Origin: Acidimicrobiia bacterium
GTDB taxonomy: Bacteria > Actinomycetota > Acidimicrobiia > IMCC26256 > PALSA-555
Reading direction: 5' to 3'
Assembly (NCBI GenBank): GCA_046484625.1
Contig: JAWOIO010000240.1
Span: 1-55,681 of the forward strand
DNA: 55,681 bases
Shown here: positions 9,133 to 18,223 of the stretch, in pieces
Layout of the letters: every line of letters starts with the position of its first letter
How positions within the stretch are numbered: the first letter of the stretch is position 1
Position numbers and translations under genes: made by a program
The notes under the pieces: generated by a model
Seen by the model: only the letters and a program-made list of their open reading frames with translations
Told to the model about the DNA's origin: nothing
The model's database searches: none

Positions 9133-9157
9133 CGCGTCCGGACCTACGGTACGAGTC

Positions 9158-10783
9158 GTGACCACCACCCCCGCGAGCCCGTCGCCTGACGTGGCCGAGT
9201 TCGCGTTCAGCGACGTCGGCCCCTGGGTCGTGGACCCCGACCGGCTCGCCTGGATGGGAGGGGTCGACCGCATCCGGGAGCGGGTGCGCATGCAGGTCCC
9301 CGGCCTCCTCGCGCGCCGGCGCCTCCCGCCGGTCGGGCGGTTCGCGCGGGTCGTGTCCCGGATCGGGCAGGCCCTGCTCCAGTGGCGCGTCCACGAGCGG
9401 GGGACGTCGTCGTCACGCGCAGGGCTCTCGCGTCGCCTGCGGGTCGCGTTCGAGTCGCTCGGCTCCACCTACGTCAAGCTCGGCCAGATCATCTCGGCGT
9501 TCGAGGGCCTGTTCCCCGACGAGCTCGTCGACGAGTTCAAGAAGCTGCGCGACCAGGTGCCGCCCGAGCCGTTCGAGTCGATCCGGGCGCTCGTCGAATC
9601 CGAGCTGGGCCGCCCGCTCGACGTCGTGTTCTCGTCGTTCGACGAGGAGCCCATCGCCGCCGCGTCGATCGCCCAGGTGCATGCCGCGCGGCTCGTGACC
9701 GGCGAAGAGGTCGTCGTGAAGGTGCAACGCCCGCCGGTCGCGCACCTCGTCCAGCAGGATCTCCGGGCGCTGGCCTGGCTCGCGCCGTTGCTCGTGGGGC
9801 GGATCCCGGTCGCAGCGCTCGCGAACCCACCGGCACTCGTCGAGCTGTTCGCGGAGCAGATCGTGGAAGAGCTCGACTTCCGGCTCGAGGCCCAGAACAT
9901 GCTCGACGTCGCCCGCGTGTTCGCGTCGACCGACCAGCGGTCGATGATCGTCCCGCGCCCGCACCCGGTGCTCGTCACCACCCGGGTCCTGGTGATGGAA
10001 CGGCTCCACGGTTACGCCTTCGACGACGTCGAGGCGATGCACGACGCAGGGATCGACACGGGGGTGGTGCTGCGCGCGGGTCTCATCTCGTGCCTCGAGG
10101 GGGCGATGCTCCACGGCGTCTTCCACGGCGACCTGCACGGCGGCAACCTCCTCGTCGCGCCGGGTGGTCGCACCGTCGTCTTCGACTTCGGGATCACCGG
10201 ACGGCTGAGCGAGCCCCGTCGCCTCGCGTTCCTCCGACTCCTGATGACCGGCACGGCCGGTGACGTCCGGGGCCAGCTCGCGGCGATGCGCGACCTCGGT
10301 GCGTTCCCGCCCGAGACCGATCTCGATGCGGTCATGGCCGACCTCGCGCTCGATCAACCGGTGCGCGACCCGATCGGGATGTCGGCCGACGAGCTGGTGG
10401 AGGAGCTCGAGGACCTCGTGCGCAAGCTCCTGGGCTACGGCGCCCGCGCGCCGAAGGACCTCATGCTGTTCGTGAAGAACCTCATGTTCCTCAACGCAGC
10501 CACCGCGACGCTCGCCCCGGACCTCGACCTGCTGGGCGAGATCGTGCACGTGCACACCCACTTCCTCACCAACTACGGCGAGCGCCTGGCTCGGGATCTC
10601 GGAGCCGGCGTACCGCGCGAGGTCGACCTCGACGCGGTGAAGGCCGGCTTCCTCGTCCCCGCCGAGGTCGAGACGCTCACCTTCAGCGAGCTGCAGGCCC
10701 GCCGCCGCACGATTGCGAAGCGGATGGGTGGAGCGACGCCGCGGCGCCGGTGGCCGCGGCGCGATCCCCCCGCGCCACCGTGA
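9158..10783 (+). CDS. ABC1/UbiB/AarF atypical kinase family protein
   Basis: Motifs LGSTYVKLGQ, LRDQVPP, PIAAASIAQVH, VVVKVQRP, EELDFRLEA, FHGDLHGGN, FDFGI. Start placed at GTG 9158 (TACGGT 7 nt upstream). Confidence 0.9.
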   Translation: MTTTPASPSPDVAEFAFSDVGPWVVDPDRLAWMGGVDRIRERVRMQVPGLLARRRLPPVGRFARVVSRIGQALLQWRVHERGTSSSRAGLSRRLRVAFESLGSTYVKLGQIISAFEGLFPDELVDEFKKLRDQVPPEPFESIRALVESELGRPLDVVFSSFDEEPIAAASIAQVHAARLVTGEEVVVKVQRPPVAHLVQQDLRALAWLAPLLVGRIPVAALANPPALVELFAEQIVEELDFRLEAQNMLDVARVFASTDQRSMIVPRPHPVLVTTRVLVMERLHGYAFDDVEAMHDAGIDTGVVLRAGLISCLEGAMLHGVFHGDLHGGNLLVAPGGRTVVFDFGITGRLSEPRRLAFLRLLMTGTAGDVRGQLAAMRDLGAFPPETDLDAVMADLALDQPVRDPIGMSADELVEELEDLVRKLLGYGARAPKDLMLFVKNLMFLNAATATLAPDLDLLGEIVHVHTHFLTNYGERLARDLGAGVPREVDLDAVKAGFLVPAEVETLTFSELQARRRTIAKRMGGATPRRRWPRRDPPAPP

Positions 10784-10838
10784 ACGATCGGCGCGCGGCC
10801 CGTCTGACGACCGTCGACGGTTGTGGTGGACTCGGGGG

Positions 10839-11693
10839 ATGCCCGAGCTGCCGCAGATGCAGGCCCTCGCCGAGCGTCTCGACGCCGCACTCGCAGGAGC
10901 AGTGCTCGTGGGCGTCGAGCCCCTCAGCTTCTCGTCGTTGAACACCGTCGCGCCCGCCCCCGACGAGCTGGTCGGGAAGGCGCTCGAGTCGGTGACGCGG
11001 CGGGGGAAGTACCTCGTCCTCCGCTTCGACGGCGACCTGCGCCTGCTCGTCCACTTGTCGCAGGCCGGCCGACTGCACATCGAGCCGACACCGAAGTCGA
11101 CCCGCCCGCGGGGAGCGGTGCTGCGGGTGATCTTCGCCACGGCCGACGGGTCGCCGGGACCGGCGATCCTCGTGCGCGAGTACGGAAAGGAGCGCAAGGC
11201 CGCCTGGTGGGTGCTCGCCGAGGGCGACGACGGCCCGCTCGAGCGGCTCGGTCCCGAGCCGGACACCGCGGAGTTCGAACTCCTGGTCCTCGAGGGCGAC
11301 GACAACCGCCGGATCAACACCTGGTTGCGTGACCAACGGACGGTCGCCGGGATCGGCCGCGGCTACACCGACGACATCCTGTGGCGGGCGCAGCTCTCGC
11401 CCTACGCCACCCTGCGCCAGCTGGATGCCGATCGACGAGCGTCGCTGCTGGCATCCGTCGGAGCGGTCCTCGCCGACGGGCTCACCCTCGAACGCCGGCG
11501 GGCCGGCGGCCTCCAGGAGACGAAGCTCGGTGAGCACTTCGAGGTGCACGGGCGTGCCGGGGAGCCGTGTCCCCGCTGCGGCGCGACGCTCCTGCGCGTG
11601 TCGTACGAGTCCTACGAGGTCGTGTACTGCGCGCCGTGCCAGACGGGATCGAAGATCCTGGCCGACCGCCGGATGTCCAAGCTGCTCAAGTAG
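10839..11693 (+). CDS. Fpg/Nei family DNA glycosylase/AP lyase
   Basis: N-terminal MPELP, RRGKYL, HLSQAG, H2TH region LRDQRTVAGIGRGYTDDILW, zinc finger CPRC...CAPCQ. Confidence 0.9.
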   Translation: MPELPQMQALAERLDAALAGAVLVGVEPLSFSSLNTVAPAPDELVGKALESVTRRGKYLVLRFDGDLRLLVHLSQAGRLHIEPTPKSTRPRGAVLRVIFATADGSPGPAILVREYGKERKAAWWVLAEGDDGPLERLGPEPDTAEFELLVLEGDDNRRINTWLRDQRTVAGIGRGYTDDILWRAQLSPYATLRQLDADRRASLLASVGAVLADGLTLERRRAGGLQETKLGEHFEVHGRAGEPCPRCGATLLRVSYESYEVVYCAPCQTGSKILADRRMSKLLK

Positions 11694-12327
11694 ACGCGAA
11701 GCGCGAGTCGGCCCGCAGCAGCTCCACGATCTCCGGGGGCGCCTTGGCCATGGAGCCGGAGTCGAACGGCGGTTGCGGGTCGTACTCGATTGCGAGCTGG
11801 ATGGCCTGGGCGACGGTCTCATCGGCCAGCTGCGCCGCGAGCCACAGCGCCATGTCGATCCCCGACGACACCCCCGCGGCGGTGACGAGCTTGCCCTCGA
11901 CCACCACGCGCTCGTCGGTGGGCTCGGCTCCGAACTGCAGGAGCGCGTCGAGCGCGGTCCAGTGGCTCGTCGCGCGCTTGCCCTGGAGCAACCCGGCCGC
12001 GCCCAGCAGGAGCGATCCGGTGCAGACCGACGTCGTCCACGTGGAGGTCGCGTCGGCGCGCCGCAACCAGTCGAGGACCCGATCGTCGGTGCGGGCGATC
12101 GCCTCACCCTGGCCACCGGGGACGACGATCACGTCCGGGGCCGGGGCGTCGTCGAGCGAGTGCTCGACGTGGATCGCGAGCGCGCCGTGGTCGGTGCGCT
12201 TCACCCCGGGGTCGGCGGCGACGAAGCGCAGCTCGGAGTCCGGCAGACCACGCAGCACCTCGTAGGGGCCGACGGCATCCAGCGCGGTCAGCTGGTCGAA
12301 GAGGAGGATCGCGATGTCGATGGGCAT
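11686..12327 (-). CDS. DJ-1/PfpI family protein
   Basis: Motifs LDAVGPYEVL, DVIVVPGG, SVCTGSLLLGAAGLL.GKRATSHW, TAAGVSSGIDMAL, IEYDPQPPF. Confidence 0.9.
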   Translation of the reverse strand: MPIDIAILLFDQLTALDAVGPYEVLRGLPDSELRFVAADPGVKRTDHGALAIHVEHSLDDAPAPDVIVVPGGQGEAIARTDDRVLDWLRRADATSTWTTSVCTGSLLLGAAGLLQGKRATSHWTALDALLQFGAEPTDERVVVEGKLVTAAGVSSGIDMALWLAAQLADETVAQAIQLAIEYDPQPPFDSGSMAKAPPEIVELLRADSRFAST

Positions 12328-12340
12328 GCCCCGACGCTAC

Positions 12341-12841
12341 TCACCAGCCGCGTGAGCCGGGCCCGCCTTTGAAGGGCCCGACGACGTCGCCGGTGATCCA
12401 GCCGCCGTAGAAGCGCCCGGGCTGGGGAGCGACCTGCTCGTCGTCGACGAAGCAGGCGTCCATCCGGTGCGCGTAGAACGCGACGTGCCCACGGAGGGCC
12501 GCGAAGGCCGGGCTCGGATGCTCGTAGCCCCACGCGGCCTCCGTCTCGACCCGGTCGCCGCCGCGCACCGTGTAGTAGTGCGCCCGGCCCTTCCACTCGC
12601 AGAACGACGCCCCCGCGGCCGGTGTCAGCGCTCCGTCGATGACGTCGGCGGGCGGGAAGTAGTAGTTCGGAGGGTGGCTCGTCTCGAGCACCCGGTACCC
12701 ACGCGTGGTGTCGGCGATGACCTGCCCACCGAGCACCACCCGGAGGCGTCGGGCGACGGGCTCGAGCCGGGGCGGGCGGGGGTAGTCCCACACGGACTCC
12801 TGTCCCGGTCCGGGTACGACCGGCTCCGGTCGGGTCGTCAC
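12341..12841 (-). CDS. DUF427 domain protein
   Basis: Motifs ESVWDYPRPPRLE, VLETSHPPNYYFP, SFCEWKGRAHYY, AAWGY..P, FYGGWIT...GPFKG. The GTG start overlaps the LLM gene stop (GTGA). Confidence 0.85.
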   Translation of the reverse strand: MTTRPEPVVPGPGQESVWDYPRPPRLEPVARRLRVVLGGQVIADTTRGYRVLETSHPPNYYFPPADVIDGALTPAAGASFCEWKGRAHYYTVRGGDRVETEAAWGYEHPSPAFAALRGHVAFYAHRMDACFVDDEQVAPQPGRFYGGWITGDVVGPFKGGPGSRGW

Positions 12842-13755
12842 GCGTCGGCGACCGCGGCGCGGACCTCGCCCAGCCGGGCCAGCGACCCGAGGACCTCGCG
12901 TTGGTCCTCCGCGAGGTGCCGCACGATGACGTCGGTGTAGCCCTGCGCGGCGTACGTCCGGAGCTGCTCGACGACCTGCTCGACGGAGCCGTACGTGCAC
13001 GCCTCGGGTGCGAAGCCGCGGTAGCCGGCGTCGATGACAGGTCGCGCGACGCGGGCGGCGTCGTCAGCGTCGCGACCCACGTGCACGTCGCGGCGGATCG
13101 CGATCGTTCCCGGTGCGCGCCCGATCTCCTCGCAGCAGTGCCGATACTCGTCGGCCTGGCGCGCGGCCGCGTCCGGGACGAGGTCGGCGTTGGCGAGCCA
13201 ACCGTCTCCCATGCGGGCCGCGCGTGCGATGGCGGGCGGCGCCGACGCGCCGATCCACACCTCGATCGGCTCGGCGGGGAGCGGCGCGATCCGGGCCCGC
13301 TCGACCGGGTAGGGGCCCTCGGTGGTGGTGACCTCCTCACCCGCGAGGAGGCGCCGAACGATGTCGAGCCCCGCCTCGAAGCGCGCGCGGCGCTCGCGGA
13401 CCGGCACGCCCATCGCGGCGAACTGTGCCTCCCCGCCACCCAGCGCGCACTGCAGCACGAACCGCCCGGACGCGAGCGACGCGAGGGTCCCGAGCTGCTC
13501 CGCAGCGAGGACCGGGTTCCAGAGCGGGAGCAGCAGCAGGACGCCGGCAGGCCGGTCACCCCACTCGGCGAGCAGTCGTCCCATCACGGCCACGTTCTGG
13601 TAGTAGGCGAACGGGCCGGTCGCGTGATGGTCACCCACGAAGAGAGAGTCGAGCTGCGCGTCCCGCGCCGCGGCCGTGCGCTCGATCATCATCCGGGCAC
13701 CGAGGCGCGGGTCGTCGACCGCGTACGTGCTCTTCAGCGACACCCCGACGCGCAT
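12838..13755 (-). CDS. LLM-class (luciferase-like) flavin- or F420-dependent oxidoreductase
   Basis: Motifs DSLFVGDHH, LLLPLWNPVLAAEQLGTLASLASGRF, VWIGASAPPAIARAARMGDGW. Confidence 0.85.
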   Translation of the reverse strand: MRVGVSLKSTYAVDDPRLGARMMIERTAAARDAQLDSLFVGDHHATGPFAYYQNVAVMGRLLAEWGDRPAGVLLLLPLWNPVLAAEQLGTLASLASGRFVLQCALGGGEAQFAAMGVPVRERRARFEAGLDIVRRLLAGEEVTTTEGPYPVERARIAPLPAEPIEVWIGASAPPAIARAARMGDGWLANADLVPDAAARQADEYRHCCEEIGRAPGTIAIRRDVHVGRDADDAARVARPVIDAGYRGFAPEACTYGSVEQVVEQLRTYAAQGYTDVIVRHLAEDQREVLGSLARLGEVRAAVADA

Positions 13756-13844
13756 CGCTGGATCATTCCGCGCCTCGCGGCACGGTGTCGACACGGTCCG
13801 GCCGACGACCGGCGGACGCCGGGCAGGATCTACGATCGATGACG

Positions 13845-14702
13845 ATGTCGATCCTCTCCTCGATCCCCAGCCCGGGGGACGGCACGATCGACATCGGGCC
13901 GATCCCCCTGCACGTCTACGGCCTGCTGCTCGCGATCGGCGTCCTCACCGCGTCGTGGATGACGGAGCGACGCTGGGTCCGGTGGGGCCACCCGGCGAAG
14001 GAGTGGTCCGAGATCGTCGTCTGGATCGTCATCGGCGGCGTGGTGGGTGCGCGTCTGTACCACGTCGCAACGGATTACGAGAAGTTCCAGGGGGACTGGC
14101 TCCGGGTGTTCCAGATCTGGAAGGGCGGATTGTCGATCTGGGGTGTGGTTGCCGGCGGCCTGCTCGCCGTGCTGCTCGTGTGCCGCGTCCGGAAGATCGA
14201 CACGTTCCTGCTCACCGACGCGATCGTCCCGGGGCTGCTCGTGGCCCAGGCGATCGGACGGTGGGGCAACTGGTTCAACCAGGAGCTGTTCGGTGAGCCG
14301 AGCACGTTGCCCTGGGCGCTCGAGATCGACCGCGCGCACCGTCCCGAGGGGTTCGCCGAGTTCTCGACGTTCCACCCGACGTTCCTCTACGAGTCGATCC
14401 TGTGCCTCGGACTCGTCGCGCTGCTCCTGTGGGTCGAGCGGCGCTGGCGACTGCGGACGGGACAGCTGAGCGCGCTCTACCTCGCGACGTACTGCTTCGG
14501 TCGGTTCTGGCTCGAGAACCTGCGCATCGACGACGCCAAGGTGGTCGCAGGCCTGCGCATCAACGCCTGGGTCAGCCTCGCGGTGCTGGGCTGCGGGATC
14601 GCCTGGTTCGTCCTCGCCGGTCGGCGGGGACGGGTGGACCCGGGCCGGTACCCGGATCCGTCCGGTGTCGATGATCCGGCAGGCGCGCCGACGTCGTCGT
14701 GA
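13845..14702 (+). CDS. lgt: Prolipoprotein diacylglyceryl transferase
   Basis: Motifs IGPIPLHVYGL, GARLYHV, IWKGGLSIWG, QAIGRWGNWFNQELFG, FHPTFLYE, RFWLENLRID. ATG 13839 is an alternative start. Confidence 0.93.
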   Translation: MSILSSIPSPGDGTIDIGPIPLHVYGLLLAIGVLTASWMTERRWVRWGHPAKEWSEIVVWIVIGGVVGARLYHVATDYEKFQGDWLRVFQIWKGGLSIWGVVAGGLLAVLLVCRVRKIDTFLLTDAIVPGLLVAQAIGRWGNWFNQELFGEPSTLPWALEIDRAHRPEGFAEFSTFHPTFLYESILCLGLVALLLWVERRWRLRTGQLSALYLATYCFGRFWLENLRIDDAKVVAGLRINAWVSLAVLGCGIAWFVLAGRRGRVDPGRYPDPSGVDDPAGAPTSS

Positions 14703-14811
14703 CGTCGGGCACCGAGCGCTCGACAGGCGGTGGCGTCGCGTAACGTGGCCGCGGTCGTCCGCTCCCCCGACCGCTCGTCCGGGGGTCCGCCTGCTCGCCC
14801 AGGAGGCTGCC

Positions 14812-15555
14812 GTGAGCCCTGTCGCCACCGAGACGATTGCCGCCCGCGCGGTGGACGCCTCCAAGATCTACGGATCGGGAGAGGCCGAGGTCCGCGCGCT
14901 CGACGGCATCGACGTCGAGTTCGAGCGCCACCGCTACACCGCGATCATGGGACCATCGGGATCGGGGAAGTCCACCCTCCTGCACTGCCTCGCCGGACTC
15001 GACCGTGTCACCTCGGGACAGGTCTTCCTCGGCGACGTCGAGATCAGCGCCTGCGCCGAGAAGGAGCTCACCCTGATCCGCCGCGACTCGATCGGGTTCG
15101 TGTTCCAGACCTTCAACCTCATCCCGACGCTCACCGCCGAGGAGAACATCACGCTTCCGCTGGCGCTCGCGGGGCGCAAGCCCGAGGGGGACACCTTCGA
15201 TCGCATCGTCGAGACGGTGCGCCTCCGCGACCGCCTCTCGCACAAGCCGAGCGAGCTCTCCGGTGGGCAGCAGCAGCGCGTCGCGGTCGCGCGGGCGCTC
15301 CTGAGCCAGCCGGAGATCGTCTTCGCCGACGAGCCGACCGGCAACCTGGACTCGAAGTCGGGAGCCGAGATCCTGGGCTTCATGCGCAAGGCCGTCGACG
15401 ACCTCGGGCAGTCGATCGTGGTGGTCACGCACGACCCGAATGCGGCGAGCTACGCCGACCGGGTGGTCTTTCTCGCCGACGGCAAGATCGTCGCCGAGCT
15501 CGATGCACCAACGACCGACTCGGTGATGGACATGATGAAGCAGCTTGGCGGCTGA
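14812..15555 (+). CDS. ABC transporter ATP-binding protein (LolD/MacB-type)
   Basis: AGGAGG SD before GTG 14812. Motifs [47 protein letters not shown]. Confidence 0.92.
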   Translation: MSPVATETIAARAVDASKIYGSGEAEVRALDGIDVEFERHRYTAIMGPSGSGKSTLLHCLAGLDRVTSGQVFLGDVEISACAEKELTLIRRDSIGFVFQTFNLIPTLTAEENITLPLALAGRKPEGDTFDRIVETVRLRDRLSHKPSELSGGQQQRVAVARALLSQPEIVFADEPTGNLDSKSGAEILGFMRKAVDDLGQSIVVVTHDPNAASYADRVVFLADGKIVAELDAPTTDSVMDMMKQLGG

Positions 15556-15564
15556 GCGACTGCC

Positions 15565-18192
15565 ATGCGTCGCGTCACCCTGAAGAACCTCTTCGCTCGG
15601 AAGTTCCGCCTCGTCCTCACGTCGCTGTCGGTCGTGCTCGGCGTGGCCTTCATGGCCGGGACGTTCGTCCTCACCGACACGCTCGGCAACGTCTTCGACC
15701 AGCTGTTCGTCGACGTGAACCGGGGCGTCGACGTCGCGGTCCGGAGCCCCGCCGCGTTCGAAGAGCAGGGCCCGACCGGTGAGACGACCCGCGAGCCGAT
15801 CCCCGACACGTTGCTCCCGACGGTGCGCGACGTCGCGGGCGTGCGCACAGCCGAAGGCGGGGTCCAGGGCTACGCGCTCGTCGTTGCCCTCGACGACCGC
15901 GGTGAGCCGGGCGAGGCGATCCAGAACCAGGCGCCCAGCATCGGCGTGACCTGGGGTCCCGATCGGGAGCTGAACGGCGCCTTCGGTGGCGACGGCAGAC
16001 CCGAGGCGGGATCCCGCCCCAAGGGCCCGAACCAGGTTGCCCTCGACGAGGTGACCGCAGAGGACGCCGGGATCAGCGCGAAGGCCGTCGAACGTTGCGC
16101 CGCGAGCGGGGCGTGCGAGGGGTCCCGGGTGCAGATGGTGTTCCTCGAGCAACCGCCCCAGATCTTCGACGTCGTCGGGATCTTCAAGTTCGGGACCGTG
16201 GGCAACCTCGCGGGCGCCACGCTGACCGCGTTCGACACCGCGACCGCGCAGACCGTCATGAACCGCGCGGGGCAGTTCGACGAGATCCGGATTGCCGCCG
16301 ACGGAATCTCCCAGCAGGAGCTCCGCCGCCGAGTCGCCGACGCGGTGAACGCGCCCGGCGGGCCCCGCTACGAGATACTCACCGGCGAGCAGCTCGCCGC
16401 CGATACGTCCGAAGAGATCAAGCAGAACCTTGCGTTCTTCAGCACCTTCATGCTGGTGTTCGCGTTCATCGCCCTCTTCGTCGGCGCCTTCATCATCTAC
16501 AACACGTTCTCGATCATCGTGGCCCAGCGCGCGCGCGAGCTCGGACTCCTCCGAGCGCTCGGTGCGTCCGGCCGCCAGGTCATGGGCTCGGTCGCGCTCG
16601 AGGCGCTCGTCGTCGGCCTCATCTCCTCGGTGCTCGGTCTCGTCGTCGGCATCGCGGTGGCGATCGGGCTGCAGGGGTTGATGAACGCGATCGGGTTCGA
16701 GCTCCCGTCGGGCGGCCTGGTCGTCGCCACCCGGACGATCATCGTGTCGGTGATCGTGGGAACGGTGATCACTCTCGTCTCCGCGATCGGGCCGGCCCGG
16801 CGCGCCGCGAGGGTTTCCCCGATGGATGCCCTGCGCACGGATGCCACGGTTCCGACGAGCGGGCGTCGCCGGTTCGTCCTCGGTGCGATCGTGGCAACGA
16901 TCGGTGCCGCGCTGATGACGAGCGGACTCGCAGCATCGGAGGGATCGATCGAGTCGGTGGGCTTCGGTGCGCTGCTCGTCTTCCTCGGCGTCGCGATGCT
17001 CAGTCCGCTCCTCGCCCCGTCGACGTCTCGGATGCTCGGCTGGTTCCCCGCCCGCGTACGCGGGATGTCGGGCGTGCTCGCTCGGGAGAACGCGCTGCGG
17101 AACCCCCGACGCACGGCGTCGACCGCCGCCGCGCTCATGATCGGCCTCGCGCTCGTCAGCGTCGTCGCCATCTTCGGTGCATCGGTCAAGCAGACCCTCG
17201 GCGACGTGCTGGAGACCGACCTGAAGGCCGAGTTCCTCCTCACCACCGACAACTTCTCGCCGATCTCGCCCGAGGCGGCGCAGGCAGTCCGCGACGCGCT
17301 CCCCGCATCGACGGTGACCGAGTTCCGCTTCGGGCAGTTCGAGCTCGGAGCGGAGACCAAGGCGCTGCTCGGGGTCGATCGGAACCTCGGGACGACGCTC
17401 GACGTGCACCCGCGCGCAGGGGCGCTGGAGCGTTGGCGCGCCGACGGAGGCTTCCTCCTGTACAAGGACGCGTTCCGCGAGCTCCCGGCTCGATCTCGCG
17501 CGGCTCGCGAGATCGAGGTCCGGTTCGCGAACCAGCCCGCGGGGGCGACGACCACCGTCCCCATCGCCGGTGTCTTCGACAAGAAGGACGCAATCGGGAA
17601 CGACTACCTGCTCGCCATGCCGGACTTCGAGGCCACCTACACCGACCAGGCCGATGTCTTCATCGCCGTGAAGATCCCGTCCGGGACGACGGTGGCGGCG
17701 GCGCGACGGGCGATCGACGCGGCGCTCGTGCCGTACCCGAACGTCGAGGCCAAGGATCAGGCCGAGTTCAAGGAGAGCCAGGAAGCACAGATCGACCAGT
17801 TCCTGAACCTCATGTACATGCTGCTGCTGCTCGCGGTGGTCATCGCGCTCATCGGGATCGTGAACACCCTTGCCCTCTCGATCTTCGAGCGGACGCGCGA
17901 GCTCGGACTGCTGCGCGCGGTCGGGATGACCCGGCGTCAGCTCCGACGGATGATCCGATACGAGGCGACGATCATCGCGGTGTTCGGGTCCTTGCTGGGC
18001 CTCGCGCTCGGCATCGCGTTCGGTGTGGCGATGGTGACCGCCCTGAAGTCGGAGGGGATCAACCTCGCCCTCCCGTTGGGTCAGCTGGTGATCTTCCTGG
18101 TGCTCGCCGGCATCGCGGGGCTCGTGGCAGGGATCCCGCCGGCCCGTCGCGCCGCGCGCCTCGACGTGCTGGAGGCCATCTCCCACGAGTAG
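15565..18192 (+). CDS. FtsX/MacB-like ABC transporter permease (duplicated FtsX domains)
   Basis: 875 aa. Contains IYNTFSIIVAQRARELGLLRALGAS, RNPRRTASTAAALMIG and IVNTLALSIFERTRELGLLRAVG. Confidence 0.9.
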   Translation: MRRVTLKNLFARKFRLVLTSLSVVLGVAFMAGTFVLTDTLGNVFDQLFVDVNRGVDVAVRSPAAFEEQGPTGETTREPIPDTLLPTVRDVAGVRTAEGGVQGYALVVALDDRGEPGEAIQNQAPSIGVTWGPDRELNGAFGGDGRPEAGSRPKGPNQVALDEVTAEDAGISAKAVERCAASGACEGSRVQMVFLEQPPQIFDVVGIFKFGTVGNLAGATLTAFDTATAQTVMNRAGQFDEIRIAADGISQQELRRRVADAVNAPGGPRYEILTGEQLAADTSEEIKQNLAFFSTFMLVFAFIALFVGAFIIYNTFSIIVAQRARELGLLRALGASGRQVMGSVALEALVVGLISSVLGLVVGIAVAIGLQGLMNAIGFELPSGGLVVATRTIIVSVIVGTVITLVSAIGPARRAARVSPMDALRTDATVPTSGRRRFVLGAIVATIGAALMTSGLAASEGSIESVGFGALLVFLGVAMLSPLLAPSTSRMLGWFPARVRGMSGVLARENALRNPRRTASTAAALMIGLALVSVVAIFGASVKQTLGDVLETDLKAEFLLTTDNFSPISPEAAQAVRDALPASTVTEFRFGQFELGAETKALLGVDRNLGTTLDVHPRAGALERWRADGGFLLYKDAFRELPARSRAAREIEVRFANQPAGATTTVPIAGVFDKKDAIGNDYLLAMPDFEATYTDQADVFIAVKIPSGTTVAAARRAIDAALVPYPNVEAKDQAEFKESQEAQIDQFLNLMYMLLLLAVVIALIGIVNTLALSIFERTRELGLLRAVGMTRRQLRRMIRYEATIIAVFGSLLGLALGIAFGVAMVTALKSEGINLALPLGQLVIFLVLAGIAGLVAGIPPARRAARLDVLEAISHE

Positions 18193-18223
18193 CGGTTCCG
18201 GCGTGCGGCGTACGATCCGCGTC

